Shown here: piece after piece, positions 40,383 to 53,442 of the stretch
How positions within the stretch are numbered: the first letter of the stretch is position 1
Layout: every line of letters starts with the position of its first letter
NCBI GenBank assembly: GCA_965112155.1
Contig: OZ218102.1
Source: Podarcis liolepis
Taxonomy: Eukaryota
Direction: 5' to 3' (one strand)
Length of the DNA stretch: 64,000 bases
Program-made: the position numbers and the translations under genes
The notes under the pieces: model-generated
The model's input: only the letters and a program-made list of their open reading frames with translations
The model's database searches: none
Told to the model about the DNA's origin: nothing

Positions 40383-43338
40383 TTCAACTCTTATCCACTG
40401 TTCATATTCAGAGCTTGCACCATGCTGTGGGAGAACAAATCCAAAGTGGAAACTTCCAATTTTAAATCAAATTGTTGCATGCTAGCTATATATATTCAAG
40501 TATTTGCTTCATCACTTTACTTGGGCTCCCAAACTTGAAGCAGTAAATACAATGCAAGTTGTTTTTTTCTTATTGTTTTATCTCAAAACACTTGTATTTT
40601 GCCTTCATTTTGTCCTGCTTACATTCTTATCTGCACGCAGCACACTGGCTCCAAGTTCAAATATATTAAATTGGCACAAAATTGTGCGAGTTTTATTCGA
40701 ATGTATGGGAAGGAGAGTCCTGTTATGAGAATAATACTAAGAACGGATAGCATAAGCTTACGTGACCTTGAATGCAGTTAGTACTGCTAAACAAATATAT
40801 ATATATTACCAGATTGGAGAGGAAGGCAGATCCTCCAGCTGAATCTGAATTATTTGTATCCATTGTTCAAAGTACAAGCTACCAATGAGTTCAGCTACTA
40901 CCGCATCATTGGGTTGTACATAGGACACTGTTCAGCATACAAATATCAAAATTTCCAGAGAGGGAACTTACCTTACTGTTGGAATGTGAAATGCACCAAT
41001 ACCTCAATAGGTTCTCTCCTTGTTCACTCCCTTCCTTGCTACATTGCATTAGGGCATGGTTAAGGAGATAATGAGAAAACTGGTCAGTGTGTGAAAAATG
41101 AGCTTCTTGAAGCAGAAATGCTGGGCAGAGCAGCAAACCTCAGCAATCCAGATTCACTTCATCTCTCATCACTCTAGCTGGATGGCATCATACCAAATGT
41201 ACCCTTATGACTAGCTGTGTGGCACGTATATTTCCTAAACTTTCTGCTTGCACAAACAGGAAATGTACCATGCCAGTGGAGGTGACAAGAGTTGGGGCCT
41301 CATATGAACATAAACTCCCTAGGTGTCATGCATAATCATTTCAACAGCATGATCATTTCACCAGGAGCTTAGTCATACTGTGCATTTATTTTGATCCCTC
41401 AGATTTCTACAACACCAGAAAAGTCCAGAAGCAAATTTACTGTTGCACGATAGGGTGCTTTTGCACAGTAATTGGGATTTTTTTTTTTTAAGAACAAGGT
41501 TCACACACCACTGAGTGCAACCTCTGTTGGTTCTTAACTGGCATAAGATAATCAGCTAATTAGAAGGCAGAGACAAACAGAAAAGGGAATGCCTATTTTT
41601 ATGAATGAAAAAGACTGAAGTTGCTTCTCATACACAAATATTTGTTGGTGTGGACAACTCCTGTCTCATTTTACTGGGGTGGAAACTGGCTTAATAGCCA
41701 AATGCTCAAATGTGGACAAGTCCATACTCTCAGTTGAGTATAGGATTGTGGCCATAAGCAATTATTTACCCAACGACAGGAAAAAAAGATTCCACTGCTA
41801 AATTGCTTCCCCCTGTGACTATTGTTCAAGCTCTAAAGAAAAGCCTGGAGCGAGTTTTTCCATTACTTAAAGGCTGGTAAATTTTTAAAAGGTTACCTCA
41901 TCTGTAGCTAGATTAAACTAAACAAACTTTTAATCAACTAAAGAGAAACATGTTTAAGCAAGGAGTCTCTCTAAACATTCTCTTTTCGCTCATTTGGTAT
42001 AAGGGTCATGGAAAGAAAGAAAATTCAATACTACAAAATGTAGGTAGGATTACCAACATTTAACTTTGAGGTTTAACATTCTGCTCTAATAATCCAGGTT
42101 TAAAAACATAATGCAGACTTTCACCTCTTTTGTTGATTCAATATATGGTTGGTAATTGCAGGGCTATTACTGTGGTTTATTTTAGATATCAACATTTCTG
42201 CAATGCTAAGCGTTCTCTGCTGTTTGATATAACAATCTATGAAGAAGTAATAAACATGTGTATGTGATAATGTAATTGTTGAACTAAAGTTCACAAATAA
42301 ATTTTGAAGTTTTTTGCAAAAACCCTTTGTTTCTTATATATCATATATTTAATTTATTCAGGCTGCAGTTTAGTGTATCTTATTTGGGATTAAGCCCCAT
42401 GACATATACTGGGGCATACTTTTCAGGAAGCAGATACAGGATTGCCCTATAATTATTTTCTATAGTTTTTAATTTAGTCATTAGATTCTGTACAATCGGA
42501 GTTCACTGAAATTCACAGCTTTGCCAATTTCCCCCCAACTTTTGATAATTAAAAAATATTAAATTAGAAACTAAACACTTTTCAGATGAGATACTAAAAA
42601 TTATAAATCCTCATAAATTTTGGTCAGGGTGCTTGAACAAGAACAGATCTTTGAGGCAGGAAGATATAAAGGAACACTGACCAATGAACCACCTGCAGGA
42701 TCAGAAATATTGGTCATATCAGCTACAGTTTAAACACTCTGAAAAACTTGTTTTTCATTTGTGTTCCTTTAAGTCTCAAGCATCACAAAACATGCACCCT
42801 TTAATGTTCATGGGCTGCCTGCTTAGGCAGATCCCCAGGTCCAGGCAAGGTAATTGAGAAAGGCTCCCATTAATTTCCATTTTAAGTTTGTCCTCGATAC
42901 CTCCAGTGAAAGCTACCACCTTTATTTACTGTTAAAACGAGAGAGTGAGATGGCTTGACTGCAGTAAAGGCAGGATGGGGAATCTGATTTGGCTGCTGGA
43001 CCAGATCCTTATCCAAATTTGATGTCAATATCCTGATGTCACAATTCTATTTTCTGCTGCTGTTGATTGCACCTTTGCTTCCTGCCTTTCAGTATTTTTA
43101 GCCAATGGGTGAAGCTGGAGCTTCTGACAGAGACTCATGGCAGCTGACAGATAAAAATAATACATTCTGCTTGTCAGACACCTTACTGTACTGTGTAGCC
43201 AGATTTGGGCCTTCTACCACCACTTGCAAAAAAGCATACAAATACAACATAAAATACTGCAGCAGAGGGCCCAATCAACTTACGGTATAGTTGGCCCCCA
43301 AATTCCTGTTGGTATCCCTGCAAATACTGATCACACTA

Positions 43339-43565
43339 CAGTGGTACCTCAAGGTTACATACGCTTCAGGTTACAGACTCCGCTAACCCAGAAATAGTGC
43401 TTCAGGTTAAGAACTTTGCTTCAGGATGAGAACAGAAATCGTGCTCCAGCGACGTGGCAGCAGCAGGAGGCCCCATTAGCTAAAGTGGTACTTCAGGTTA
43501 AGAACAGTTTCAGGTTAAGTACAGACTTCTGGAACGAATTAAGTACTTAACCTGAGGTACCACTG
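43339..43565. mobile_element. Tc1/mariner (Tigger/pogo-like) MITE
   Basis: TA-CAGTGGTACCTC ... GAGGTACCACTG-TA. Confidence 0.9.
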
Positions 43566-43694
43566 TATTCTGAACATAAATGGACCTTGGAATCTAGCAA
43601 GCTGGTATTTCACCGAATGCGAACATTTTAAATAGAACTGTCTCTCTCAACTTCAGATGTATCAACTGTGTCTTCTCAACTTCTCTTGTGAACC

Positions 43695-44490
43695 CAAGAG
43701 CCTGTTGGATCAGTCCAAGGGCCCAACTAGTCCAGTTCTAACTGTGGCAAACCCTTAAGCGCACTTTCCCTTCCTGTGATTTCCAGCAACTGGTATTCAG
43801 AAGCATTACCGCATGACTGGGGAGGAAAACATAGCCATTGTCACTAGTAACCACTGATGGCCTGACACTCCATGAATTTGTCCCAATTCTCTTTTAAAGC
43901 CTTTCAAGTTGGTGATCATTGCTGCTTCTTGCGAGACTGTGTTCCACAGTTCAACCATGAGCTGCATGAAGTACTTTCTTTTATCTGTTCTGAATCTTTC
44001 AACATTCAGCTTCACTGGATGTCATAAGAGGAAGAAACTTTCTCTATCCACTTTCTCCATGCCATGCATAACCTTATAAACTTTTCTAAACTGTCTCAAT
44101 TGCTGCAACCTTTCCTAATGGGGTGCTGCTTTATCCCCTTGATGATTCTGATGAACCTTTTGCAACTCTATGCCTTTTGAGGTGCACTGACCATTTGCTG
44201 CCAGTTTAAATCCCCATGAACACATATTTCCCCCCCCCAACGTGCATCACTTTACCCTTGTTTACATTTAATTCCATTTGCCATTTTAGCACCCATTCAC
44301 TCAGTTTAAGCAAGTCCTTTTGGAGCTCTTCACAATCTTTTTAACAACCCTGAACACTTTAGTATCAACAGCAAATCTGGAACTGCTCACCCCTAACTCT
44401 AGATCCTTTATGAACTAGTTAAGAAGCACAGGTCCCAATACCAATCCTTGAGAGGGACTCCACTTTTTACATCTCTCTATTCAGAGAAAT
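43695..44490 (-). mobile_element. CR1 LINE 3' part, degenerate
   Basis: Minus strand reads KLNVERFRTDKRKYF, plus decayed RT-end motifs (TTGCCATTTT..., GTATCAACAGCAAAT). Confidence 0.75.
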
Positions 44491-44516
44491 GCTTTTAAGT
44501 ACTGAACACAAGTTAT

Positions 44517-44665
44517 TTTATTTCACACTCTCACAGAGCTAGTTACAGAAGATTCTTTATCTTAAGCAGCAAAACAATTTTACATGTTTCATACAAGCAT
44601 TTGTTCATTCTTAACTTATCCAATGAATTAAGCAGACACACGCATTATGATTTATTATTTTTATT
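44517..44665 (-). terminator. SEPTIN2: Clustered minus-strand polyadenylation signals, probable SEPTIN2 3' end
   Basis: AATAAA (minus) at 44660-44665, 44651-44656 and 44517-44522. A GU-rich TGCGTGTGTCT lies just downstream of the pair. Confidence 0.55.
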
Positions 44666-46297
44666 AATAGTCTTGGCTAGTGTTAAAGTGTACAGGAAAA
44701 AATTATATGTTAATATTGTCATACAAAAATTAGCCCTTGGAATATCCAAATATTTTAGAAAAATCAATAAAAAGTGTAATAATATACTTGTAAAATTGTA
44801 ACTATGTTTGTTACTTTTCTTAAAGAAATGGGTTCTGAAGTTCTGCAGAATGAATTTTTTTAGCTTGCTTCAAAACAGTCACATCTCTAAAGATACTCAA
44901 CTTTTAATAAAAAAAAAATCAAACAAGAATTTTTGTAACTATTTAGTAACTAAAATTTAGCAGTTAGGACGGTTACAAGTGATCATAAAATGCCAAGACA
45001 TTTCAAAATACAATTCCACAGGTAAAACCTTAATATGCAATGAGGTTCTAATCAAAGCAACCAACAAACACATGCAGATGAACATATGGAATAATTTCAT
45101 AGATTATTTAATGAAAACAAAGGTATTTATAATAAAATGTTAGGCTTATACTAGTTATTTGGCACACACTACATTTTCACAACTTTTCTAATACTGGAAA
45201 ATTACCATCTCAGTGCTGTATGGTTTATTATTGTAGTAACCTCTTATATAAAACACGGATAATGTGTGAACATGTTCTTGGCAAAATAAAGTCCCTCGAA
45301 GTGTGTTCAAAATAAGTAGAATAATTTAACCCCAATAATATTTATGTAAGCATATATAATACAACCATGCTCTATGGGACACAAAGAGATTTTAGTTGCT
45401 ACTTTGGAAGAGGAAAGGAGGATAAAAAGAGATACCAAACTAAACTTTGTTTCATTATGATCACATTTAGTAAAAACAGTTTCCTAGAATATTTTAAAAC
45501 AGGTTTTGTTGATTCTACTTAGGATATGTACATTCTGGGTTAGACCCAGACCTCTGAATGGCACTAACAAACTCCAGGGGAAAGGGAAGGGTTGGGGGAG
45601 ACCAGGGGTGGCAATTTGAACCAATTTCCCCTTCACCTCCTCCTATCTACAATCTGAACATCTACTCTGAAGAGTTGGTGGGAGGGGCTCTAGAACATAG
45701 GGGGTGGCATGGAAGGCTGCAGGAAGGGGAGAAATCAGCAAAAATGTCTTGTCCTCTGCCACACAGCCCCTTGCATGTAGGGCTGCTCTGGGTTTAGCCC
45801 TAGGCTTCTACATTTCTCTTAACCTTTCTTACAAATTATATTTGTAACAAATCCTATTATTATATCTGGGATTTTAAGTTGTTGATGTGGAGTTTTAAGT
45901 AACAGTTTAGATAACATGGTAACAGATAAGAGTTAAAGGGAAATTATATATAATGATTAGAAATAGTGTCAGAATTACATGACAATATCCACATTCAGCC
46001 TTTTGGCACTGGGTGTACTGTTTAGTAACAATATATGCTGCAATAGCAATGGCTGAATTGAGCAGTATGTCAAATAGAGCCAAAAATGGGCTGTTTTTTG
46101 TTTTCTTTTTTTAAAGAAAGCCAGTAGCATACTATGAGATTTTTCCCTTTTGCACCTCTCCTGCATACATTTTTCAGTTTGAATGTTCCTTCACTTATGG
46201 CAATAAAAACTAAGCTGAGAGTAAGATCTTGTTACCGTTACCAAAAACCAAGTAAATGAAGCCTTGCTTCAAGAACAAGCATTTTCTTATCTTACCT
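44635..46297 (-). other. SEPTIN2: Putative SEPTIN2 terminal non-coding (3'UTR) exon
   Basis: A downstream exon is required by the donor 8 nt after the stop codon. The best acceptor I found is tttcccctttatcctAG at 46298-46299. The region is AT-rich, TE-poor and ends at the poly(A) signals. Confidence 0.5.
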
Positions 46298-49026
46298 CTA
46301 GGATAAAGGGGAAATGCAATTTAATGATTAAGCAGGATCACTTCATTTTTTTAACTGCAAATATCTATTTCTGCAGAATTGTCAAAATAAGCCACCAAGT
46401 TCACATGGGGTATTTCCCTGCTTTACTTTTAATAATCAAAATTATTGCTACTTGCTGGGACCAGCAAGTTTTTAGGCTTACTCTGTATGTACATCTTCAG
46501 CTTGATCTGTCATTATCTGCAGACCCATGCAAGAACAATAGCTTTCCTCTGTTCTCCTTAACATACTGTATATACATTACAGTATAAGGACATGAAACAT
46601 ATCAGATTATCAGAATAGGGGTATGAAAGCAACCAAGAGCAGGATGTCAGCACACAACCTACAGATTCACCCCAGAGTTCCTGTTGTTCCTTAAGATGAA
46701 GACTAAAAGGATGTGTTTGTTTTTAAGCACAGTGCAAATGCCCATGCATGGAGATTTTGGGGCTGCAGATAAAGAAGCTACCAGCAGCAGCCATTCTCCT
46801 GACTATGGCATCCTGGCTCTCCCTTCACTTACAGAGTATGTGCCCAAGACTGGTCTATCATGCTACTTTAAAAAATATTTGACCTTTTTAAAGACAAAGT
46901 CCCTGAAATATTATAAGATTTGCTTTCTAAGCTGCACAATGCCTTTAAAAACTATATTGGTTTTTCTTAGATAAAAACACAAAAGGTTCATGTGCGGTAG
47001 GTACTTGAAAAAATGACTATAAACCTTCGAAAGGTAGGACAGTGCAGGAGTGATACAGGCACAGAGTTCTATATGCTACTAAATATAAGAAAAAATGGCA
47101 CTGAAGATTTCCATTTTGTCACTTACATTGTTACTGGATCAGCTACATGCAAAGAACTGCATCCCAGGGACCAAAAGTTCACTCAAGGCTTTAGTCACAG
47201 TCTTCTCCAGCAAAAGCTCCCAGCACTGATCTTTCATGTGAGCATTAAAAACCATATGATACTTGTGGGGATGGTGGTTTAAAGTAGTCTTAAAACTGTA
47301 TGCACATTAGCCACACTAGGGTATCAGGGAAGGCTGTGGAGGAAATTCAAAGCTCATATGCGGACTTTGGACCTCAGGATTGTTATCATGGTCAGTTGAT
47401 TCCTTCAGTGCAAAAAACAAACCCCAAATAGTGGTAGTAATCCATATTCAGATGAAAAATATTAGCTAGGAAGTATATATATCTTTGTAGCCAGTGTAGT
47501 AAAATCAGCTCAGTAAAAGAGTAGTAACCAAAGTTAAAAAAACTATCACGTTACACCATAACATTAAAATATTAACTATGTCTTAAGTTGTTTTCAAATG
47601 AGGCATTACAGAAATGACAATACAGTTGCACATTGAATGCGAATGGACCTCCCAAGTCACAGCAGGATAAGCTTCTCTCCTCACAAAATACGTCACTGTG
47701 TCACAAGTCTCAAATGGCTCCAATTCATGAAGGTATCTGCCAAAATGAAAATATTGAAAGGCACAACTGTTATTTAATTTACCTTTACATTTTGAAATTG
47801 AGCTGTAGTGCAAATATGAATTTTGAAATAGCTTCTCAGCCATGAATCTATGGAGCAGCAATGCTCAAAGTAAGACTTTTGCTACAAGTATTGCTTTTAA
47901 AAAGTAAGAGTGGCATGTATGTTATATCTGTGCTTTATGCCATCAAAGTGCACCACTATAGTTCTCTACTAAAAAGTTGTAAGCTATAGTACATGTGAAC
48001 TCTTTTACCATGTAAATTCCTGTCAGGCAGGTTTCTTCCACCATTTTCACTATTCCTGCTTGAGTGAACCAATTTTTTAATAAGACTAAAACTGTGGCTA
48101 TCAACCCTATTTTAGCTTTTGTCCTACCCCCCCCGCCCAATTCCCTTGATTAACTATTTGATTCTTCTTCCTTCTTTCACCCTCCAGTTGCTTCATGATG
48201 ACTTGTTAAGTAGATGCATGAAGTTGTGTGTCTTAAGCGGAGGTAGAAAAATAAACTGCCCCCATTTAGTCTATAGTACAGGGGTTTAAATCTCCTCCCT
48301 GTGTTGTAAAAGAAAAGTAACATGGGTTGTTCCATTACTACATATTCAGCACAACATATCTCTATTGCCTCAAAGCCAAAGACTTTCTTCACTTCTATTA
48401 AATGTAGAACATTCCCATGTTCAAAGGTAAGAGAGTCACTTACATTTCTGAACTCCTCTTTTACCTCCGTCTCTCCCTACTACTAGAACACAACCCCCAG
48501 GAGATTCCCTGCAAATGAATGAGGCCCCCGGGACTGAAAAAGCTTCTGCCCCCTCCACAGCTCTTACAACATTTCCAAGTTGGGGAAACGAGGGCACAGT
48601 ACTAAGGTGCCTCCATGTTTTCTCTCTTCCTGGTCTTAAAGGCCCGATTCCATGTAGGGCACAATGGGTAGTGGCATGTGCAGCCCTGCAAAATTTGCAA
48701 GGCTAACTTAGAATTACCACATTTCTGACACTGCAGCCCATGGGGGCTATCCAGGTGCTGCTGGACTGTAACCATCACCAGCTTCAGTCAGCATGGCCAT
48801 TGATCAGGAATGATGGGAACTGCATCAACAACATATGGAGGGCACTACATAGGCTTTGTCTAGAGCAGGGATAGTCATATGCACACCAACACAAGCATGT
48901 AGAAAGTACTACACAAAGACTGATCCAGAAGTCAAAATGTGTTTAAGACACACAACCCTGCTTTTCTTGCATAGCAGTATTTTACAGATAATGGCTTTTC
49001 TATTAAAATGTTTCTTACCAAATAAT

Positions 49027-49131
49027 TTAAACTTTGTGCCCATGGATGCCATCACTGTCTCCTTCTCCACCATGCCTCTGCATCTGCATCTGTGCCTGCA
49101 TTCTTGCAATCATCTCCTGCATCCGACGGAG
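49027..49131 (-). CDS. SEPTIN2: SEPTIN2 last coding exon ([34 protein letters not shown])
   Basis: ttctAG acceptor, SEPT2 C-terminal coiled coil, TAA at 49027-49029, exon continues to donor GTAAG at 49018. Confidence 0.95.
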   Translation of the reverse strand, partial: LRRMQEMIARMQAQMQMQRHGGEGDSDGIHGHKV

Positions 49132-50195
49132 CTAGAAGAAAATGATACAATCTTTACCGTGTTTTTATTCTGAAAATATGGCTCTTCTGCAGATGTTGTT
49201 GTTGTTTTGCAAAAGTGAGTATAACAAACTGCTTTCTTCTTCCTTCCTCATTACAACAGACTATGGTACTCATAGTCTCAAAGTATGGTACTCAAAGTAG
49301 TCTCAAAAAAAAGAAAAAGAAAAGAAAAGGATGCATTTAACAGGTAGCCAAATGATTAAAATCTGCTGAACTCAGTGCTATTTAATCACAATTAAATGTA
49401 CATAGGACCACAGCCTTAATTTGAAATGTACAAATCAAAGCTTGTGGCTGCAATTTTGTATTAAAGCTGCAATAATGAAGGTTTCATTTATGTTTTTTGG
49501 AATCACAAGTTCTAATGTGTGTGTCTGCACAGAGTGCACAAATAAAATGAATATTTAATTTAGCATTAAAAGAGCAAGATGGGAAACTTGCAGTTTTTAG
49601 CCATGGACATTCTAAAATGAAAATTGCTAGACAGAATAGCTATGCTCAAACAGAACACTAGGCCATGGTTTAGAATAATGAGAATGAGCTGCAGTGAACT
49701 CCAGACTAATTCTCCTCCCACTTCACCTCTGGCTTGGCCAAATGGAGATTGGAAGATTCTTTTTGTGCTCCATATTAACTACAGCTGAGCATGGCATTTG
49801 AACCCTTAACTGAAGTTAATTTTAGCAGTCATTAGCTGAAATAAGCTAGTTTCATCAACTCAAGTTTTTTCCCCTCCAACAAACCGTAGTTAATATTGAT
49901 TCTTTGCGCTTGTTTCAGCACTAAACGAAGTGTAGTGAACAGTAAGCACTGGACAAAGTACAAGATTTACTGGACTTTGAGGCACCAGTTAACCTTCTCT
50001 TCTGATAGAGCATTCCCCAACCCTCTGGCAAGATATGTCTGGGGTAGACAACCAGATATGTCTTGCATGGGTAATATATATCTGGGCTTCAGTGGAAGTG
50101 TGACTGCCTTTGTCCCCTCAGGAGAACACGGAAATAAAAGAAAAACATCAATTGTGAGGTATTAGATGTATTTTAAGTAAAAATAAAATCCTTAC

Positions 50196-50253
50196 TTCAG
50201 CTTCCTTTTCCAGCAAGATTTGGTCTTTGTTAACTTCTTCATCTTCAACCTTC
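50196..50253 (-). CDS. SEPTIN2: SEPTIN2 exon (RKVEDEEVNKDQILLEKEAE)
   Basis: 58 nt, AG/GTAAG boundaries. Confidence 0.95.
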
Positions 50254-50386
50254 CTATATACAGGGAAGGAAGAGGAACAAATAGACAGAGAAATAGCTTT
50301 TTATTAGATCTTTTTGAAAGAAAAGTATCACCACCGCACATCAAGGCAATTCAATGGAACTGCAGAAACAAAGAAGAGGTACCAAC

Positions 50387-50470
50387 CTGCCACCTTTTTT
50401 AAGTCTTTCAGAACGGAAATTTTCATAGTGAAGGTCTTGAGTAACTTCCTGGAGATCCTGCATGTGAGTG
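50387..50470 (-). CDS. SEPTIN2: SEPTIN2 exon ([29 protein letters not shown])
   Basis: 84 nt, septin unique element HYENFR. Confidence 0.96.
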
Positions 50471-51414
50471 CTGGAAAAACAAAGAAGCACAATGCTATAT
50501 ATAGTTTGTGACCAAGAGCTAGAATGGATGTGAAGGAATTCTGGCAAAATATGCAGTGTGAGGGAAAGGTTGGGGAGTAGGAAAAGCTGGGAGAGTCTGA
50601 GGACTGTGCTTTTACATTCTGTAGGGGAAAATCATCCTGGACAACAGACCTGTACAAGATGCAGAAGTCTTACCCATGGATCACCAAGGCTAGCTTTTCG
50701 CACACAGTTCTGAACATAGTTTATGCAAATTAGCAAAGCTAATATCGCACCAACACTATAAAGTACATGGCCTCACCCAAAGAATCTTGGGAATTGTCAT
50801 ACCCCCAGCCCTGTCCAGTCCTTCTCAGAAAACTACACATTTGAAAACTAACTTTAGAAGAAGTAATGCAATGTAAAGTTATAGAAATCTGACTGGTGAA
50901 TGTTCTTTCTGGACAAAATAACCATGCTAAAGACAACAACATCAATATCATTTCCATAAACCATGCAATTAACCAAGAACACATATTCAGCTCATTTTCT
51001 TTTGTGGTCCAATTTCTAAACAGTCAGGAGAAAGGATAGGGCAAAACAAACCAAGCAAATTTATGTAAATTCAGCTAATGCTTTAAAAAGCACATTCCCT
51101 ATATGGCTGTTTGACACTGCAGTATAGGGGGTTTCAACTTTTATATTGTTTGTCAAGATTAGCTAACTTGTGCAAGGCCCAAGCCAAAAGTCAAATCTAA
51201 CAGCAAAATTTCTGGCAAGATTCTTTCTAGAATTGCCATGTGGTATAGCATTTAAAGAGAGTGATGATTCTGAACTTCTGCCCCCTGAAATTATTTTAAT
51301 CCTGTTAATAATCAGGGAGAGATACTAAGCCTCCTTAAAAGTTCTTGTTGAATGTTTATGTGGGGAAGATGAAGTAACAACGGATAAAGTAATGAAGTAA
51401 AGTAATATGCTTAC

Positions 51415-51560
51415 ATTAGCATGGTTCTTAGCTTTAAGAAGTCATTATGCTCTGGGTTCTCCACTTCAACAACTCCCCAAGGATAGAGGCGACCTCTAAC
51501 CTTTTTGCCTTTGGCCTCAATCAGCTGATTGGATCCCACTACACAAAATGGAATGCTGGT
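51415..51560 (-). CDS. SEPTIN2: SEPTIN2 exon ([49 protein letters not shown])
   Basis: 146 nt, RGRLYPWG septin motif. Confidence 0.97.
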
Positions 51561-51858
51561 CTGAAATTGAACAGGATAAAACAAATATGTTACAACCATA
51601 TGGTACTTTCCTATGCAAGTAGTTCCATAGCAATAACCACCATCTCAAGCATTCAAATGAAGTGGTCAATTACTTTATTAGACATGGGAGCTTAGGAGCA
51701 TAAGTTGTGTAGATGAACTGCAATAGAGGACAAATCTTATCTGAAGGTGTTTCATTTACAACTTGAGGACAACTGGGAACAGTCTATAAAGAGGAGGACA
51801 TATGGCATATGGTCCATTCAATGCATCACTGTTTCTCCACCACTGATACAGGCTTTAC

Positions 51859-51960
51859 CTTCAGAAGCCTGGTCTGTTCTTTAAAGTCCTCATCCTCATC
51901 TGATTCAGCATCAGGCAAGTGATATATCTTGATACTATGTTCTTCAATTTCATCTAGAAT
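51859..51960 (-). CDS. SEPTIN2: SEPTIN2 exon ([34 protein letters not shown])
   Basis: 102 nt, AG/GT boundaries. Confidence 0.96.
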
Positions 51961-52079
51961 CTGAGCATAAACAAACAAAAAACAAAACAAAATTAAACAA
52001 AAACAAAAAACAAAGGCATATGGGCCAATCTCAAAGGCTGCAGGCTGTTATGCCAAGCCCTGACTTGAAGTGCAACAAG

Positions 52080-52312
52080 TAGTAGTAGTAGTAGTAACAA
52101 CAACAACAACAATTTTTATACCAAAACTTCAAACATTAAAAACTTCCTGAAACAGGGCTGCCTTCAGATGTCTTCTAAAATTCAGGTAGTTGTTTATTTC
52201 CTTGACATCTGACAGGAGGGCATTCCACAGGGCGGGCGCCACTACCAAGAAGGCCCTCTGCCTGGTTCCCTGTAACCTCACTTCTTGCAGTGAGGGAACC
52301 GCCAGAAGGCCC
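52080..52312 (-). mobile_element. L2-like LINE 3' fragment with simple-repeat tail
   Basis: Minus strand reads RAFLVVAPALWNAL...FRRHLKAALF, with an (AGT)n(AAC)n tail. Confidence 0.7.
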
Positions 52313-53053
52313 AATGACTCCCTCGAGAACAAACTAGATCTCCCATTGACCAAAGACTGTCTCTAGCCTTAGATATCCCAACAGCCTCCCCAGAGCCATC
52401 TCCGGGGTATCCCGCAGAGATGCCCTTTGCGTTCTTGTCATTTCAACCAGCAACAGAAGAGTCTGAGGGAGAGGTTGAGCCATCTTTGTCCTCAAGAGCT
52501 CAAGTGTCTAAAGATTCAAGTTCAGGCCACAGACCCACAATGAAGTGTGCTTCTGAGAGCCCTAAGTCACCTTGTAGTAAAACCCCAAGTTGGGAGTAAG
52601 GATACCCTTAAAGACCAGCAGCTGGCCTGCAACAACCCTTACTTTGAGCTTCCTAACTGCTGGAACAGCACAGACCTCTAGCTCCCTGAATTATCTTGCC
52701 TAAACTAGATCTCCTTGGCTGCTGACTCCTGATTCCTTCTGATTCTGACCCTGGGTGATGTTTTGGACTTCAACTGATTACTCATGCCTGACCCTGTCAT
52801 GTGTTTGACTTTGCATGCTTGACTTATCCTACCATTGTTTTGTAATTTCATACACCAGACTGTAATCTCCTTGAACTCTACAGACTTGGGGCAGTCCACC
52901 CATAGACTGCACTTGCTAAAGCTGGGCAGAGGTACAATAGCCCCCCCCCCACTGCATCCCTCCATGACCTCCAAGCAGCTACTGAAATTTAAAGCTTTCC
53001 TTGGATTCAACATGACACAAAAAACTACAGTTGAAAAGTTTGCCAAAACTTAC

Positions 53054-53171
53054 CCTTTTCTTCAGTCTTTCTCGCTCCTTCAGAGTAAGAGTATCGGCTT
53101 TTGCAATTACAGGCACAATATTCACTTTGTTGTGTATGGCTTTCATGAACTCAACATCCAAGGGCTTAAGT
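53054..53171 (-). CDS. SEPTIN2: SEPTIN2 exon ([40 protein letters not shown])
   Basis: 118 nt, G4 motif AKAD. Confidence 0.97.
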
Positions 53172-53307
53172 CTAAAAATAATAGTGTTAGAATTTTGAGT
53201 TATTTACATAGTTTTTTAAAAATAAAAAGCCTAATATTATGCATAAAGATTAGGCCACTGTATAAAATATTTTTTTACTAAAAAACTACAAGTACTGCTA
53301 TACATAC

Positions 53308-53442
53308 CCATGACCAAATGGTGAAATGAAATAGAAGCAGCAGTGAACTCTATTGTCTACAATATGCCGTCTGTTCAAACCACTCTCATCATGAAGGTAA
53401 CGCTCAAACTGCTCATCAATATAGGATATAATGGTCCTGAAA
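53308..53442 (-). CDS. SEPTIN2: SEPTIN2 exon ([46 protein letters not shown])
   Basis: 135 nt, [13 protein letters not shown] septin motif. Confidence 0.97.

Noticed and set aside
48909-49173. ORFs overlapping the last SEPTIN2 coding exon in other frames or strand
   Set aside because: Shadow frames of the real exon.
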